From Basidiobolus meristosporus CBS 931.73 (Eukaryota; Fungi; Basidiobolomycota): a DNA stretch of 64,000 bases. The notes under the pieces are model-generated. The model ran no database searches and had not been told where the DNA came from. It saw nothing but the letters and a program-made list of their open reading frames with translations. How positions within the stretch are numbered: position 1 is the stretch's first letter; each line of letters opens with the position of its first letter. Shown here piece after piece: positions 42,752 through 55,683 of the stretch. The stretch lies in contig MCFE01000490.1 of NCBI GenBank assembly GCA_002104905.1, positions 1 to 64,000 on the forward strand. The letters run 5' to 3'. The translations under genes and the position numbers were made by a program.

Positions 42752-44346
42752 TGTGGTGGTGCATAAGTCCAAAAGAGAGATGTGCCCAACACTTATCAAC
42801 TGTTTGTGTGTGGGGTGTTTACTGTTATGAATAGACACAAGGCAGGAGGAAAAGCTAGGCATGGCAGGAAAGGACTTAGGTGTGGACCATCAAGGCAAGG
42901 AAGGATTCAAGGCAAGGCTGTTTATTTAAGGCCTATGTTTATCAGACTGAGGAATACTTAAGGGGGGATAGGACTATATATACTTTTTGATTATACTGAT
43001 GCCAAGAGATATTGGCTAATACTAATGGGGTTGTGGGGTGAGGCACAGCAATGTGCTGGGGATAATAATATAGAAGGCAAGGCACTGAGACAGGATGGGG
43101 AAATGGATTGGGTCACCTGATCATGTGACTAAGTCATGTGACCCAGCATTTCCATATATGGTGCTGGACTATGAAAAATACAATGGGAAGCTTCCATGGA
43201 ATGTTCCATTGTGTAACAAGGGTTTGGAATGGTCAGGAACTTTCTGGAAGGTGGTAGAAGGTTCCAGAAGGAATCTCTTAGAAATTGAGCTAGGAAGCTG
43301 AAACTTGGCATGGGTGTTCATGGTTGTCATGTGATCATGACATTTACTGGGTGCAATAACCTCTGGCAAATGCTTGCTAGGAATAATCAGGTTCTCTCTA
43401 TATACTAATGTGAGGGGGAATAAAGCCACCAGCTTGTCAAGGGAAAACTATTGAGCTATAATCCCCAACTTGGTTGGCATCTTAACAAAAGCATATGCAG
43501 GGTTCAGCATTCTTTGAGATGACAATGTACTAAAGCTTCCAAAGTCAAAACAACTGTGAACTCCATCAGCAGGGACTTGATAAGAATGCAGCTGTGGTCA
43601 ATAGTTACAAAGACAGAAAAGTATCTTTGCCTGTACAAGAACAAACTTGGGAAAGAATCAAATATGATAGAAGATACCTACTCTGAGTATTCCTCACAAG
43701 TAGCACCTCCAAGGTCAGTTGGCTGTCAGTGCGGTTTCCTGGGAGTGTCCTGTGGTCTGGGGTTGGAAGTTCAGGTAGCAGCAGGTAGCAGTGATCACAC
43801 TAACCAACAAGTTGGTATATTGATAAAAGGGATGATGATATATTGTTGAGGGATAGCCTCCCTTATATACTTTTCCTACTGGCTAAGTGATTACTAATCA
43901 TGGTGTTCCAGAAGGTTCCAGATATCAATTGAAATCTTAATGACATCAGAATGACCTAAGAATGTTCTAAGTAGGTGTTGGAAGGTTCTAAGAGGCACAG
44001 CACATCCCACCAATCAGGAATCAGTACTCTGAAACCTGTGTAACATAGGGATACCATATATGGTATCCAAATGGTAGGGATGGTGACACAGGTTGATCAT
44101 GTGTCACAGGTACTGGTGCAGGTACTTGCCTAATATAGAAGCACTTACTGCTAGTAATCTTACATAAAGTAGGGGATAACTTATGCAATAATGTAAGCAG
44201 GTGTGATAGTCAACAAGCTTATGGGATAATACTGATCAGGTAAGACAAATGCAATAAAACTAAAATAAGCGTTGTAGAGATATAGGGAAGTAGAAAATAT
44301 GGGAATGAGCACATCTGTTAGTAGGTGTCACTGTCACCCCACTACA
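42752..44346 (+). mobile_element. Solo LTR, family B (about 1.07 kb once the nested family C LTR is removed)
   Basis: TGTGGTGG...CCACTACA termini. Inverted, highly similar copy at 49293-50363. Confidence 0.85.
42823..43342. mobile_element. Solo LTR, family C (520 bp) with perfect 5-bp TSD TTTAC
   Basis: TGTTATGA...TCATGACA termini with TTTAC on both sides. The empty site gggtgttcactgggtgc is visible in the other family B copy. Confidence 0.9.
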
Positions 44347-44574
44347 GTGCTGGTATTTGCCTAATATAGCAGCACTTACATCTAGTAGTCTTACATAGAT
44401 GAGAGATAACTATGCAATAAATAAGCAAGTATTTTAGTTAGACTGTTTATGGGATAGCACTCATCAGATAAGACAAATGGGATAAAACTAAACTAAGGGT
44501 AGTAGAGAAATAGGGAAGTAGAAAATATGGAAATGGGCACATCCTTCAGTGGGTGTCACTATAATGCCACTACA
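44347..44574 (+). repeat. Diverged extra 3' fragment of a family B LTR
   Basis: Matches 44116-44346 (gtgc.ggta.ttgcctaatatag...gggtgtcact...ccactaca). The host transposon resumes at 44575. Confidence 0.85.
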
Positions 44575-45009
44575 ATGCCATTTTTCCATGACTTTAGTGG
44601 GAACCCTGCAGCTTTACGCCATTGTTGATTCATTGGTTCCCATGAGTCCTGATCTTCAGCAGGCACAGCAAGGTCTAGCACCTCATCTGCTAGTCTCTGC
44701 AATAAATTCTGGCTATACTCAAGTACATTTCCTTGAGCACTGCTCATGAAGTGGTACTGCTACCTTTTGCTGTGCATGTTATTGCCCCAAATTCCACTTT
44801 AGGGAAGGTGATAGTCATCTGAGTTCTTGATGTTGCTACTTTGTCTGCCAGTGGGATCTCTACCATGTCTACAATGAAGGATATGGAGTCTGTGGTAGAC
44901 AATTTGCCTTTCTCTGTAAATTCATCTACCTAACTGGAGTGTAGCTCAACTGACTGTGCTTCCAACTTGTGAGAAAACAGTGGTTGTATACTAGATAATT
45001 CTTCTTGAC

Positions 45010-46337
45010 TGTAATGGAATTTAATGTGTTCTGACCCTTCAAAGGCAACAGCAACCTGTTTGCAACTATTGCAAAAGGAAAGGACACACATTACACAAGT
45101 GCCTCAAAAAGAGAGATAATCAGCCAAAGATGCCTGAAAATGGAAATGCTGCCACACCAGAAGATATACTACTTATATATGCATTCAATATTACCATCAA
45201 TAAGCATTCCCGTATCCGGTATATTGACTCTGGAGCATCTCAACACTTTACACACCAAAAAGAACTTCTTAGCCATATCAAGAGATTCCAATTAAGAAGG
45301 CTTTCATGGGTGACAATAGAACACTTGATTCATTGGGAGAAGGAATTATCCAAATATGCCTTAAAAGCAGTGAAGGAAGCCATAAACTTACCTTCAAAGA
45401 GGTACTCCTTGTAACAGAAATTGCCAAGAACCCAATATTTGTAAGCAAGGCCACTGCAGAAGGACTCAGTTTCAGCATTGACATATCTAGATGCAGGATC
45501 ACTGATACAAGAGGTGCCCATATTGCTATGGGTATCAGAGATCAGAATCTATACAGGTTGACTTATGTTCCATCCTATTTGGAAGCTAATTTAAGTAATT
45601 TAAATGAAGAAACACCAATGCTTTTGCACAGGAGATTTGGGCACATCAATTTAGATTATTTGCGCAAATGATCAAAGATCAGCTAATTTCCGGACCAAAA
45701 ATTGATCCACCAGCTAATTTGGAGCACTGCAAAGCCTGCATATATGGGAAACAAGTCAGGTAATTGTTCAACAGCTCTGGATTAGTCAATACTAAGAGAA
45801 AATTAGATCAAATTCACTCAGTTCTGTGTGGATCAATGCATAATATATCCTTAAGCAGGATGAAGTATTTAATCACTTTTATTCATGATCATAAAGGATA
45901 TAAGCAGGTCTACCTCCTGAAGAGAAAGGGAGAAGTTCTGTCTAAGCTCAGGGAATGAAAGCCATGGTGGCAAGAGAAATTAGTGAAAAAGTTAAAAAAA
46001 TTGCATTGCCAATGGTGAAAAATATACCTCAAAGCTATTCATCCACTTCTGCCAAGTTCATGGGATAAAGCAAGAGACTACAGTACCATACTCCCAACAG
46101 TGAAAAGAAGTAGCAGAGCATGCAAACAGATCAATGACTGAGATGGCAAGATCCATGAACCATGATCAACAGTTATCCTACAATTTTTGGGCAGAATTAG
46201 TTGTCAAAGCTACTTACATTAAAATTAGGAGCTATAACAAAGTATATTGTGATTCTACTCTATTTGAAGCACAATAGGGACACAGACCAAGAGCAGAACA
46301 TCTAAGAATATTTGGGTGTACAGCATACGGCAAGAGA
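45010..46337 (+). mobile_element. Ty1/copia element, 5' fragment (gag knuckle, protease, GAG-pre-integrase, integrase), pseudogenised
   Basis: CNYCKRKGHTLHKC, YIDSGASQHFT, LLHRRFGH, IHSVLCGSM...YLITFIHD and HLRIFGCTAY. Confidence 0.9.
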
Positions 46338-48126
46338 CCCTATGGGAAATTATTGTGATGATCCCATCAGAAGGCCACCACAGATTTATAGTTCCATGAC
46401 TAAGAGGTACTGATCCTGTCAGGATACCATGCTGAGACCATTAAAAAATAATTGCACCCCAGATTTCACCAAAAATTTAGTCAAAATTTTACATTACATG
46501 GATATATAAGTGGCTTTTGATTGGTTCCTTGCCAATTTGCTCCCTTTCTGATTCTGGATACTTGATCACCTCCTACCTTTGTGTGAATTGGTTGGCTACT
46601 GCCTCTTTTTCACACTCCTTACTTCCTAACTCAACTGTATCTCTTACTTTTCATGCGTACATATTGATTTATCTCTGTCAAAACTTAAGTTGACCTCAAT
46701 TGCCAACTGTACTGACCTATACAAGTCCCTATACCCTACACTAACATTAAGCCCAACCCCACACTCAACAAGCAACTCCATTAATATCCACCACTCAATA
46801 AGTATTTCTGCTATAATGCTCTGGTTCCACAACTTTGGCAGGAACCCAATGGCTCTATGCCACTGTTCATTCACTGGTTCCCACACGTCCTGGTCTTCAG
46901 CTGGCACTGCAAGATCTCCACTCCGTTAACAGTGGTGGATATGGAGGCTGTGATAGACAAATTGCCTTTTTCTGCAAACTCATCTACCTTAACGGAGTGT
47001 AGCTCAACTGGCTGCACTTCCAACTCTTGTGTAAACAGCTGTTTTCTTGTGGGTAATTCTTGTTAGCTATGATGAAATTCAGTCTGTTCCAGGCTTGCAG
47101 TGCTAATTGGCAAGAACTGCAGTTTTTTTGGATGCTTCCCTGTCTCAGGCTTGGGAAGACATTTTTCCCTTTACATTCTCCTTTATCACTGCCAGGGCTC
47201 TCACTGCTACTTTGTCTGAGCGCTTCTTGTAATGAGCTACATCTTCTCCTTGATCAATTCTGCTCTGACCCATCTGTTTTGGCCTGCTTGTTCCTTGCTG
47301 GCACTCCTCTGGCAACCTGACAGTTCTTTTCTGCTTCTTTCAAGCTCCAAGCTGTAGTTGTCACAGGCTTCTAAGAAAGCTGCTGGCTTTTATCACTGCC
47401 AGGTCCTTCACTGCTCCTTTGACTGAGTGCTTCTTCTGTGGTACTATGCTTTTTCCTTGATCAATGTTGTGCTGGTGCCTCTGTGTCTGCCTGCTTATCC
47501 TTTATTGGTACTCTTCCAGCTACCTGGTGTCTCTTTGACACTTGTCTGGAGCTTTTGGCCCTGCTTGTAATGGACCATATTCAAGTATTAGCCGTAAAGT
47601 AAAACCTATAAAAAGCACTTATAGTGCCAGATAGTACCAGTGGACCAAGATAGTGCCATGCATTTTTGCAACATGATACAAGCTACAGGAGCTAGATTCA
47701 GTGTGCCATGGGTATTGAGTGCTAGATCCATGTCTTTAGTCCTTCTGTGCTAATACACATCCTGCACAACATTGATCCAAAAAAAGGTCAAAAATGGATT
47801 TTCTCTATCATGATGGGTGAAGCACAGAGGCTGTTTTGCATGAAGATGAAGAGCTAGGTTTCACACTCTGTGGCCAAGTATAGGCTTGCTTGGCTTCCCT
47901 GGCACACTCTGGCATGACTTGGCACTCATGGCTCAATGTGGCACTATCCAACAGTACAAGTCTAATTTATAATGCTTAAAAAGGTGGGTAAATCATTGCA
48001 TGTTACATTTAGATAGGTGCAATATCTCAAATACAAGACTGTCTTAAGTTCACATGAGTATTGACCAAAAAGTGATATGATAGTGTTATGTGTTGAAGGT
48101 CAAACTGCTTGCCCCATGGACAAGAC

Positions 48127-48494
48127 TGTGAGTACTAAATGCAGTACCCACCCTTTGCCCAAGAGTTCTCCCCAGAGTCTTACCCAAAGTCCCCCAGTAT
48201 CCTCCCATGATTCCCCCACACGCCCTCCCTTCTATCCCTACCCTTATCTAGTTAGAACACTTACCATAACAGGAAGGTGCTCACACCCCTATTTTATAAC
48301 ACATTGACTATTATCTAAGCCCCCCAAGTGATATATATATGTACCCAATTGAACCAAGACAAGGGAATTGGGACAAAATAAACACAAGTCTTTATTACCT
48401 TGCTACCTTCTATTGGAAGCTACTCTGAGCCAAGTGGTACTGACTTGACCTATAAGCTCTCCCACTCACCAAGTACAGTCAGTAATAACCCACA
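48127..48494 (+). repeat. 5' LTR of the Gypsy element
   Basis: TGTGAGTA...CCCACA. About 10 substitutions and 2 single-base indels versus the 3' LTR by manual alignment (about 97% identical). Confidence 0.95.
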
Positions 48495-49292
48495 TATTTG
48501 GTGCTGTCTCTGCAGAAATAAGCACAAGTGAGGTAATGACTACTACAATCAAAATAAAAACGTACAAGGGAAAGAGAGTGAAAGCCCTTGAGTGGTTTGA
48601 TAAGTTTGAGAGAGTTGTGGTTGATGCAGGATGGGACAACAATAAGAAAGTAAGGTAGTTTGCAAGATATATGGAAGGGTCAGCATGGCAATGGCATTAT
48701 GGGTTGGAAGATGCAGTTAAAGACAACTGGGATGCACAGAAGAAGCCTACAAGACATGCTTTCTATATGCCAAAGGATACCACTACAAAGCCCTTCTACT
48801 GTCCTCACAGAAGAAAAGCAGTGAGAGCTATGAAGCCTACACTGAACTGTTTCTCCAACAAGTTTGATGTCTCCCAAAGGACAAAATTGCCAAACAACAG
48901 CTCATGAGGTATTACATCATGGGCTTAGATGACAAAATAAGTCATAGGGCATCCAAAGAACAACAGGGATGTAAAACACTGCAAGAGTTGGTCAAACAAG
49001 TGCAAGGGGCATCTTGCTATGGGGGCTACCCTAGAGTGATACAAATGATTGAAGGACAGGGATCCCCTGTAAGAAAGGAAAAATTGCCTCCCCAAAAGAC
49101 CGTGAGTTATAAGAATTACGGCAAAAGGTCCAAGAACTCTTGATCAACAATGTCCAAGAAGTCCCCAAAGAAGGTGATAAACTCTGGGAAGCTGTTGTAG
49201 ATCTAAAGGCCCAGGAACAAGCCCTGACCCAACAGATGGAACAACCACAACAATAGTATCTGTGTTATGTGTGTGGAGAAGTAGGTCACCAA

Positions 49293-50363
49293 TGTAGTGG
49301 GGTGACAGTGACACCCACTGACAGATGTGCTCATTCCCTTATTTTCTACTTCCCTATATCTCTACTACACTTATTTTAGTTTTATCCCATTTGTCTTACC
49401 CAATCAGTACTATCCCATAAGCCGGTTGACTATCACACCTGCTTACCTTATTGCATAAGTTACCCCTCACTTTATGTAAGATTACTAGCTATAAGTACTT
49501 CTATATTAGGCAAGTACCCACGCCAGTACCCGTGACACATGATCAGCCCGTGTTACCATCCCTACCATTTCCATACCATATATGGTATCCCCATGTTACA
49601 CAGGTTTCAGAATACTGATTCCTGATTGGTTGGATGTGCTGTGCCTCTTAGAACCTTCCGGCACCTACTTAGAACATTCTTAGGTCATTCTGATGTCATT
49701 AAGATTTCTATTGATCTCCGGAACCTTCTGGAACACCATGATTAGTAATCACTTAGCCAGTGAGAAAAGTATATAAGGGAGGCTATCACTCAACAATAAA
49801 TCATCATCCCTTTGATCAATATACTGACTTGTTGATTAGTGTGATCACTGCTACCTGCTGCTACCTGAACTTCCAACCCTAGACCACAGGACACTCCCAG
49901 GAAACCACGCTGACAGCCAACTGACCTTGGAGGTGCTACTTGTGAGGAATACTCAGAGTAGGTATCTTCTATCATATTTGATTCTTTCCCAAGTTTGTTC
50001 TTGTACAGGCAAAGATACTTTTCTGTCTTTGTAACTATTGACCAAAGCTGCATTCTTATCAAGTCCCTGCTGGTGGAGTTTACAGTTGTTTTGACTTTGG
50101 AAGCTTTAGTACATTGTCATCTCAAAGGACGCTGAACCCAGCACATACTTTTGTTAAGATGCCAACTAAGTTGGGGATTGTAGCTCAATAGTTTTCCCTT
50201 GACAAGCTTGTGGCTTTATTCCCCTTCACATTAGATTAGAGACAGAACCCAAGTATTCCTAGCAAGCTTTTGCCAGAGGTTATTGCACCCAGTGAACACC
50301 CCACACACAAAACACTTGAGAAGTGTTGGACGTATCTCTCCCTTGGACTTATACACCACCACA
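49293..50363 (-). mobile_element. Solo LTR, family B (1071 bp), inserted in the Gypsy gag zinc knuckle
   Basis: Reverse complement of 42752-44346. Flanks are CCAA and CCGG. Removal restores CYVCGEVGHRAHEC (CX2CX4HX4C). Confidence 0.9.
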
Positions 50364-51570
50364 CCGGGCTCATGAATGTGAAAAACAGTACCAACAAGAA
50401 GCCATACTGGACACAAAAGAGAAGAAGGCATCAAAAGACAGAGTCCCTCACCAGGATGCCAACGGGACTCAGTCAATCTAAGCCCTCCGGTGAGGACAGT
50501 CAAAGTGCGGAAGAAGAAGCGTCAACATGCTGCTTCTAGAGAGGAGGCAAAGGAACCTGTAGTAGAGGTTCCGTCAAAAGGAAAGAACGCGGAATTAGAT
50601 GAAGAAGTACGGAATGAGCCTTGGGAAGAAGTGTTCAAGCAAACAAAGAACACTAGCACATCTTCCCATGGCCTATTCCCCATAATGAAGGTACTAGAGC
50701 AAACCAAGGCAACCCTCCCAATAACCAATTTACTGGGACTTGCCCTGGCTCTAGTGAAGGAACTGATAGAGGGATTGAAGGAGATAACAACCCTTCATGT
50801 CAACCAGACGGTCCTGCAAAAACCAAATAAAGGTACATATGTAAAGGTACACATAGAGAATAAGGAGATTCTTGCCCTTATTGACACAGGATCCTCTATG
50901 TTGATCATGTCAGAGTCATTAGCAAAATGTCTAAAATTAGATATAGTCCCCAACAACACCATTTGAGTATGGCTAGCAAATGACCAACTGGACACAATGG
51001 TAGGTGTGGTGCCTAATTGCCCCATCCAGCTAGGCAACTTGATAATACACCAAGATGTTGTTGTTCTACCCATTGCAGCCAACAACTTACTCATTAGCAA
51101 GAGTTGGTTTATCCAACATAAGATGGATATACTTTACAGTGCTTCTGAACTCAGGTGGGATACCAAGAGTATCCCACTGATTCATATCACCAATGAGAGC
51201 AAGGTGCGTAGCAACAGTGTGACCATCAAAGAGGTGAAGCCGTTGCAGTCTCCAATTATCACACAAAAGGTGATAAAAATACCACACACCAGTGAGACGG
51301 TGATCTCATTAGAGACACCAATAGCTTATTTGACAAGCGGAAGAATGATAACTGCAGCAAAGGCATCCAAGCAACTGGAAGGAATCTTGATCCCTAAAGT
51401 ATGGATACCACCAAAATTTGAAACGCAAAGTCTGAAGTGCTTAGTGGTCAACAATGGGCAACACACAGTGACATTGCCTAGAGGAGTACCATTGTTAAAC
51501 CTAGAGGAAGTTGGCGGAAACAACCAAGGACCACCTACAAACAAGGAACCAGGAGAAGAACTCCCCAAAC

Positions 51571-51919
51571 TGTTGTAAGAGTCTTGGAGATATTGGAAGT
51601 GATTTGGAGAACAAGTAGATTATGTGGTTTACACTTAATGATTTATTGATTGTAAAAGTAGTATTTATACTTTTACCTAGTCTTGGCATAACAAACACGT
51701 AGAATAGGTTAAGGAAGGTCCCAAGAACATGTGTGCAAAGTTTGGGGCTGTTTGGACAACTTTGAGAATTTTCATGTTCTGGGTACCTGGTATTTTGGTG
51801 AAAATATTCTAAGTAAACCCCAACCAGGAATTTGGTCAGTATTCTCTAGGATTTGAAGGTGATGATGTAAGTGACTAAGTTAGGTGAATATTTAGGTGGA
51901 AATACGAATTTTTGCAACA
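51571..51919. mobile_element. Solo LTR, family D (349 bp) with perfect 5-bp TSD CAAAC
   Basis: TGTTG...CAACA termini. Removal restores the pol frame (ELPKLDVDPG...) into RT. Confidence 0.92.
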
Positions 51920-54061
51920 CAAACTAGATGTGGACCCCGGTCTACCGCTTGCATTACAAGACAAGTTCCTAGAAGGAATACGCCTGCTTGCCTGAGTATT
52001 CTCTAAGAACCAAGTAATTGGTCATATACCTGGGATATATCACCAAATCCACCTCACTGACAAATACCCCATCAAGCAAAAAGCCTATAGGAACTCAAAA
52101 ATTGTCACGGACTATATCAAAGAGACAATTGAAACTTTATTGAAAGATGATATCATTACAGAGAGCCAGTCTCCATGGGCCTCCCCCGTAGTGATAGTCC
52201 CAAAGAAAGACAGAAAGCAACACTTTTGCATTGACTACCAAAAATTGAACGCCGTCACCTGGAAGGATGTGTATCCACTACCGCAAATAGAAAACCTGTT
52301 GGACAGATTAATCAGAGCTAAATATTTTAGCTCTCTTGACTTAATCTCTGGGTATTGGCAAGTAGAAGTAGCGCCAGAAGATTGACCCAAAACCGCTTTT
52401 ATAACATTGTTTGGATTATACAAATGGAACCAACTACCCTTTGACTTGTGCAATGCCCCCGCTACGTTCCAAAGGATGATTGACAAGGTGCTAGGAAATC
52501 TACAATGGGAATGCGCTCTTGTGTACCTGGACAACATCACAATATATTCCCCCAATGTAGAAGAACATATACATGATGTGCAACATATCCTGACAGCCCT
52601 CCTTGAGAACCAACTCAAACTACACCCCAAGAAGTGCCATTCCCTGTATATGAAATTGTTGTTCCTGGGCCACAAGATCTTGGCAGATGGAATATACCCA
52701 TCTACTTCACTCCTGAAGGCTGTTCAAGATACACCCGCACCAAAGGATATTAATGCAGTGTTGGGATTCCTAGGATTAGCCGGCTACTATTGCCGCTTTG
52801 TCAAAAACTTTGCAACAATAGCAGCCCCCCTATACAAATTGACGCAAAAAGGCCAGTGTTTTGTATGGTTGGAGCCTCAAAAGAGAGCACTTGATCAGCT
52901 GAAACATTCCCTGACGTCACCGCCAGTGTTATGTTTTCCCAATTGGGATGCAAGATTTTTTATTAACTGTGATAGAAGTCTTGCTGGTATAGGCGCCATA
53001 CTGGGACAATACCACCAACCTGGCAAATTCCACCCAATCAGTTAAATGAGCCATTTGTTGAACAAACACAAACATCACTACCCCATTACCAAGATAGAAT
53101 GTCTGGCTGTTGTGTATTCAATTAAACAGTTCCACACATACATACATGATCGCCAATTCACAATAGTAACAGACCACAGCGCACTGGTCTGGCTGATGAA
53201 AACTAAAGACTTAACTGGTCAACTAGCACATTGGGCCCTCCAACTACAAGAATACAACTTCAAAATAATTCATTGCACTGGCAAGAAGCACCAAGATGCA
53301 GACTTCCTCAGTTGCTATCCTGTTTGCCAAGTATGCGTCAGCAATGACCACAAAGACATAATCTGCCTCAAAAGAAGAGGGAAGTATCCCAAACATGTTG
53401 TTACAAACAAGCAGAAGAGAGACTTTCAAAAGAAATGGTGTCAGTACAAAGTACAAGAAAACCAATTATGGTTCCTCCAAGTACAGTTCAGAGTTGAGGT
53501 ACCCCCAATAACTGCCCGCAAAGAAATAATACAAGAAAGACATATGTCATTAGGACATGCTAACCCTCTAACAACATACAAGATGTTAAGAAAGACATTT
53601 TATTGGAAAAAAATGATGACCAACGTTGTGAATACACTACAAAGATGCTCCACCTGCAAAAGATTTAACCAAAGTCAAAAGATAGGGACAACCGCACCAT
53701 TACCACTTGACCTACCCTTCTATTGGGTAGGGATTGACTTTGTTGGGCCCTTTATGAAAACAAAGAAAGGAGAGCAATACATAATAATTGCTACCAATTA
53801 TTTCTCAAAGTGGGTAGAAGCCCAAGCCATCCAAAATAGAGACCAGAAGACAACCACCCGGTTCATTCTAGAACACCTCATCTGCTGGCACAGATATCCT
53901 CAGATACTCCTGTCTGACAATGGTGGCTCCTTCCTGAACAACACTGTGGCCCACTTGTGCAAAATGATGGGCGTGAAACAGGTCTTCACAGCTGTGTATC
54001 ACCTCCAGACCAATGGATTAACCAAGAGGATGAACCAGACAATCAATATAGGCACAAATGA

Positions 54062-55165
54062 TATGCACAAGGAAGTTTGCCCAAAGGGGAGAACAAGAGA
54101 ATGCATATGGAAAGCGCCAAAGGAAACAGTTCACCCAAAACTGGCAATACCCCTCCCACCAGCAAGAACCAAGATGATATTGACAATGAAACCAACCTGC
54201 AAGTGTTGAGAGATATGGTACAAGCATTACGTGCAATGAAAGCCACCTATGAAGAGTTGTTTGCCGGAGCAGTCATGTTGATACAAGACACAATCAGAGA
54301 GGAACAAGACAACTTACCAACACCAATACAAATCATGGAGATACTACCCAAGAAGACTGTGTACCACCTAGGAGGAGGGTCCTTAATCATTAAGGAGAAG
54401 GATGCTGCACTGATTCCCGTATCCATACTAGACACAGTCAGACAGAAGACACAAGGAATCAACTGTTGCGCCCTCACAAGACCTTGAGAGCCCCCCTGTT
54501 TTGTTGCATACTTGCCATTAATAGGTACCACAGTTGTTGAGGTATACTCAGACCTGGTACAAGCCGCAAAGGCACTAGAAGTAGAACTCCCAATTGAAGT
54601 ACTCCTCTGAGAAATTTGCAAACATCTTGAACCACATTTCCAACAAGGAGCCTTCTTAGAGAAGATACGTGAACGGACTAAATACACCGGCAAGTTAACC
54701 CATGTGATCCACCAAGTTGCTGTGTTACAACTATTACGGTGGTTTACCATAGGACAACTCAGGAACCAGTACAAAGTCCAACTCCAAGAAGCCAAAGAAA
54801 CTGCCGCAGACTCTGTAGAAACCATGAGGCAAGTACAAAAGCACCTCAATTGCGCCACAGTTTCTACAGAAGAACTACAATACATCTTGGAAGAAGCAAA
54901 AACTTGTTACCAACCATGGGTGACTGCCAACTGAGTGTACGCCCTCTTCAAAAGGTCCCTTGCCGTCATATTGGACACAAAAAGGACAAGCCCCAACAAT
55001 GTTTGCAAGATAAAGAAGCAAGACTTTATTGTGCTATTGCACCTTTTCTTGTTCTCCAACCCTCCCAAGGAACTTACCCAGAACCCTATGGTTCACCAAC
55101 TATTTGGCTCTGTGGAAAACATCCCTCAAGCAATGCAAGCCACACCCCACTCTGCTGCCAAATAG
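54062..55165 (+). pseudogene. Extra ORF (about 360 codons) between integrase and the 3' LTR of the Gypsy element
   Basis: ORF-track segments 54077, 54704 and 54935 share one frame, interrupted by only three internal TGA codons. Confidence 0.6.
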
Positions 55166-55315
55166 TATTAGGTATTTACCCGCAACCCCCTCACAAGTGA
55201 CAACCAGCAATGATACTATGGTGACTCTCCATGCTCTGTGAGCAAAATTGACCCTGGAGAAGCAAGTTAGTCACAAGAACTTCAAGGACAAAGCTCCCTC
55301 TTAACCCCTGGGATA

Positions 55316-55683
55316 TGTGAGTACTAAATGCAGTACCCACTCTTTGCCCAAGAGTTCTCCCCAGAGTCCTACCCAAAGTCCCCCAGTATCCTCCCATGAT
55401 TCCCCACACACCCTCCCTCCTATCCCCACCCTTATCTAGTTAGAACACTTACCATAACAGGAAGGTGCTCACACCCCTATTTTATAACACATTGACTATT
55501 ATCTAAGCCCCCCCAAGTGATATATATATGTACCCAATTGAACCAAGACAAGGGAATTGTGATGAAATAAACACAAGTCTTTATTACCTTGCTACCTTCT
55601 ATTGGAAGCTACTCTGAACCAAGTGGTACTGACTTGACCTTTAAGCTCTCCCACTCACCAAGTACAGTCAGTAATAACCCACA
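55316..55683 (+). repeat. 3' LTR of the Gypsy element
   Basis: Direct repeat of 48127-48494. Confidence 0.95.

Larger units (their letters stand above)
41675..45005 (+). mobile_element. Tnp2/CACTA-like DNA transposon, 5' part, interrupted by solo LTRs
   Basis: Starts CCCTACAAAGAATAATTGTGATGATCC, matching 46338. Once the inserts 42124-42537 and 42752-44574 are removed it is colinear with 46338-47060. Confidence 0.75.
48127..55683 (+). mobile_element. Ty3/Gypsy LTR retrotransposon, near full length, inactivated
   Basis: Paired 368-bp LTRs, TSD AAGAC/AATAC and a possible PBS TGGTGCTGT at about 48499. Coding motifs: gag knuckle, protease LIDTGS, RT (SPWASPVVIVPKK, IDYQKLN, LDLISGYWQ, VYLDN), RNase H (CDRSLAGIGAIL, IECLAVV, TDHSAL), integrase (HMSLGH...CSTC, IDFVGP, SDNG). 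Order is PR-RT-RH-IN. Confidence 0.95.

Noticed and set aside
43556-43849. 97-aa ORF repeated in inverted form at 49790-50062
   Set aside because: It lies inside the two family B LTR copies, starts at non-ATG codons and has no domain signal. Conservation is explained by recent LTR duplication.
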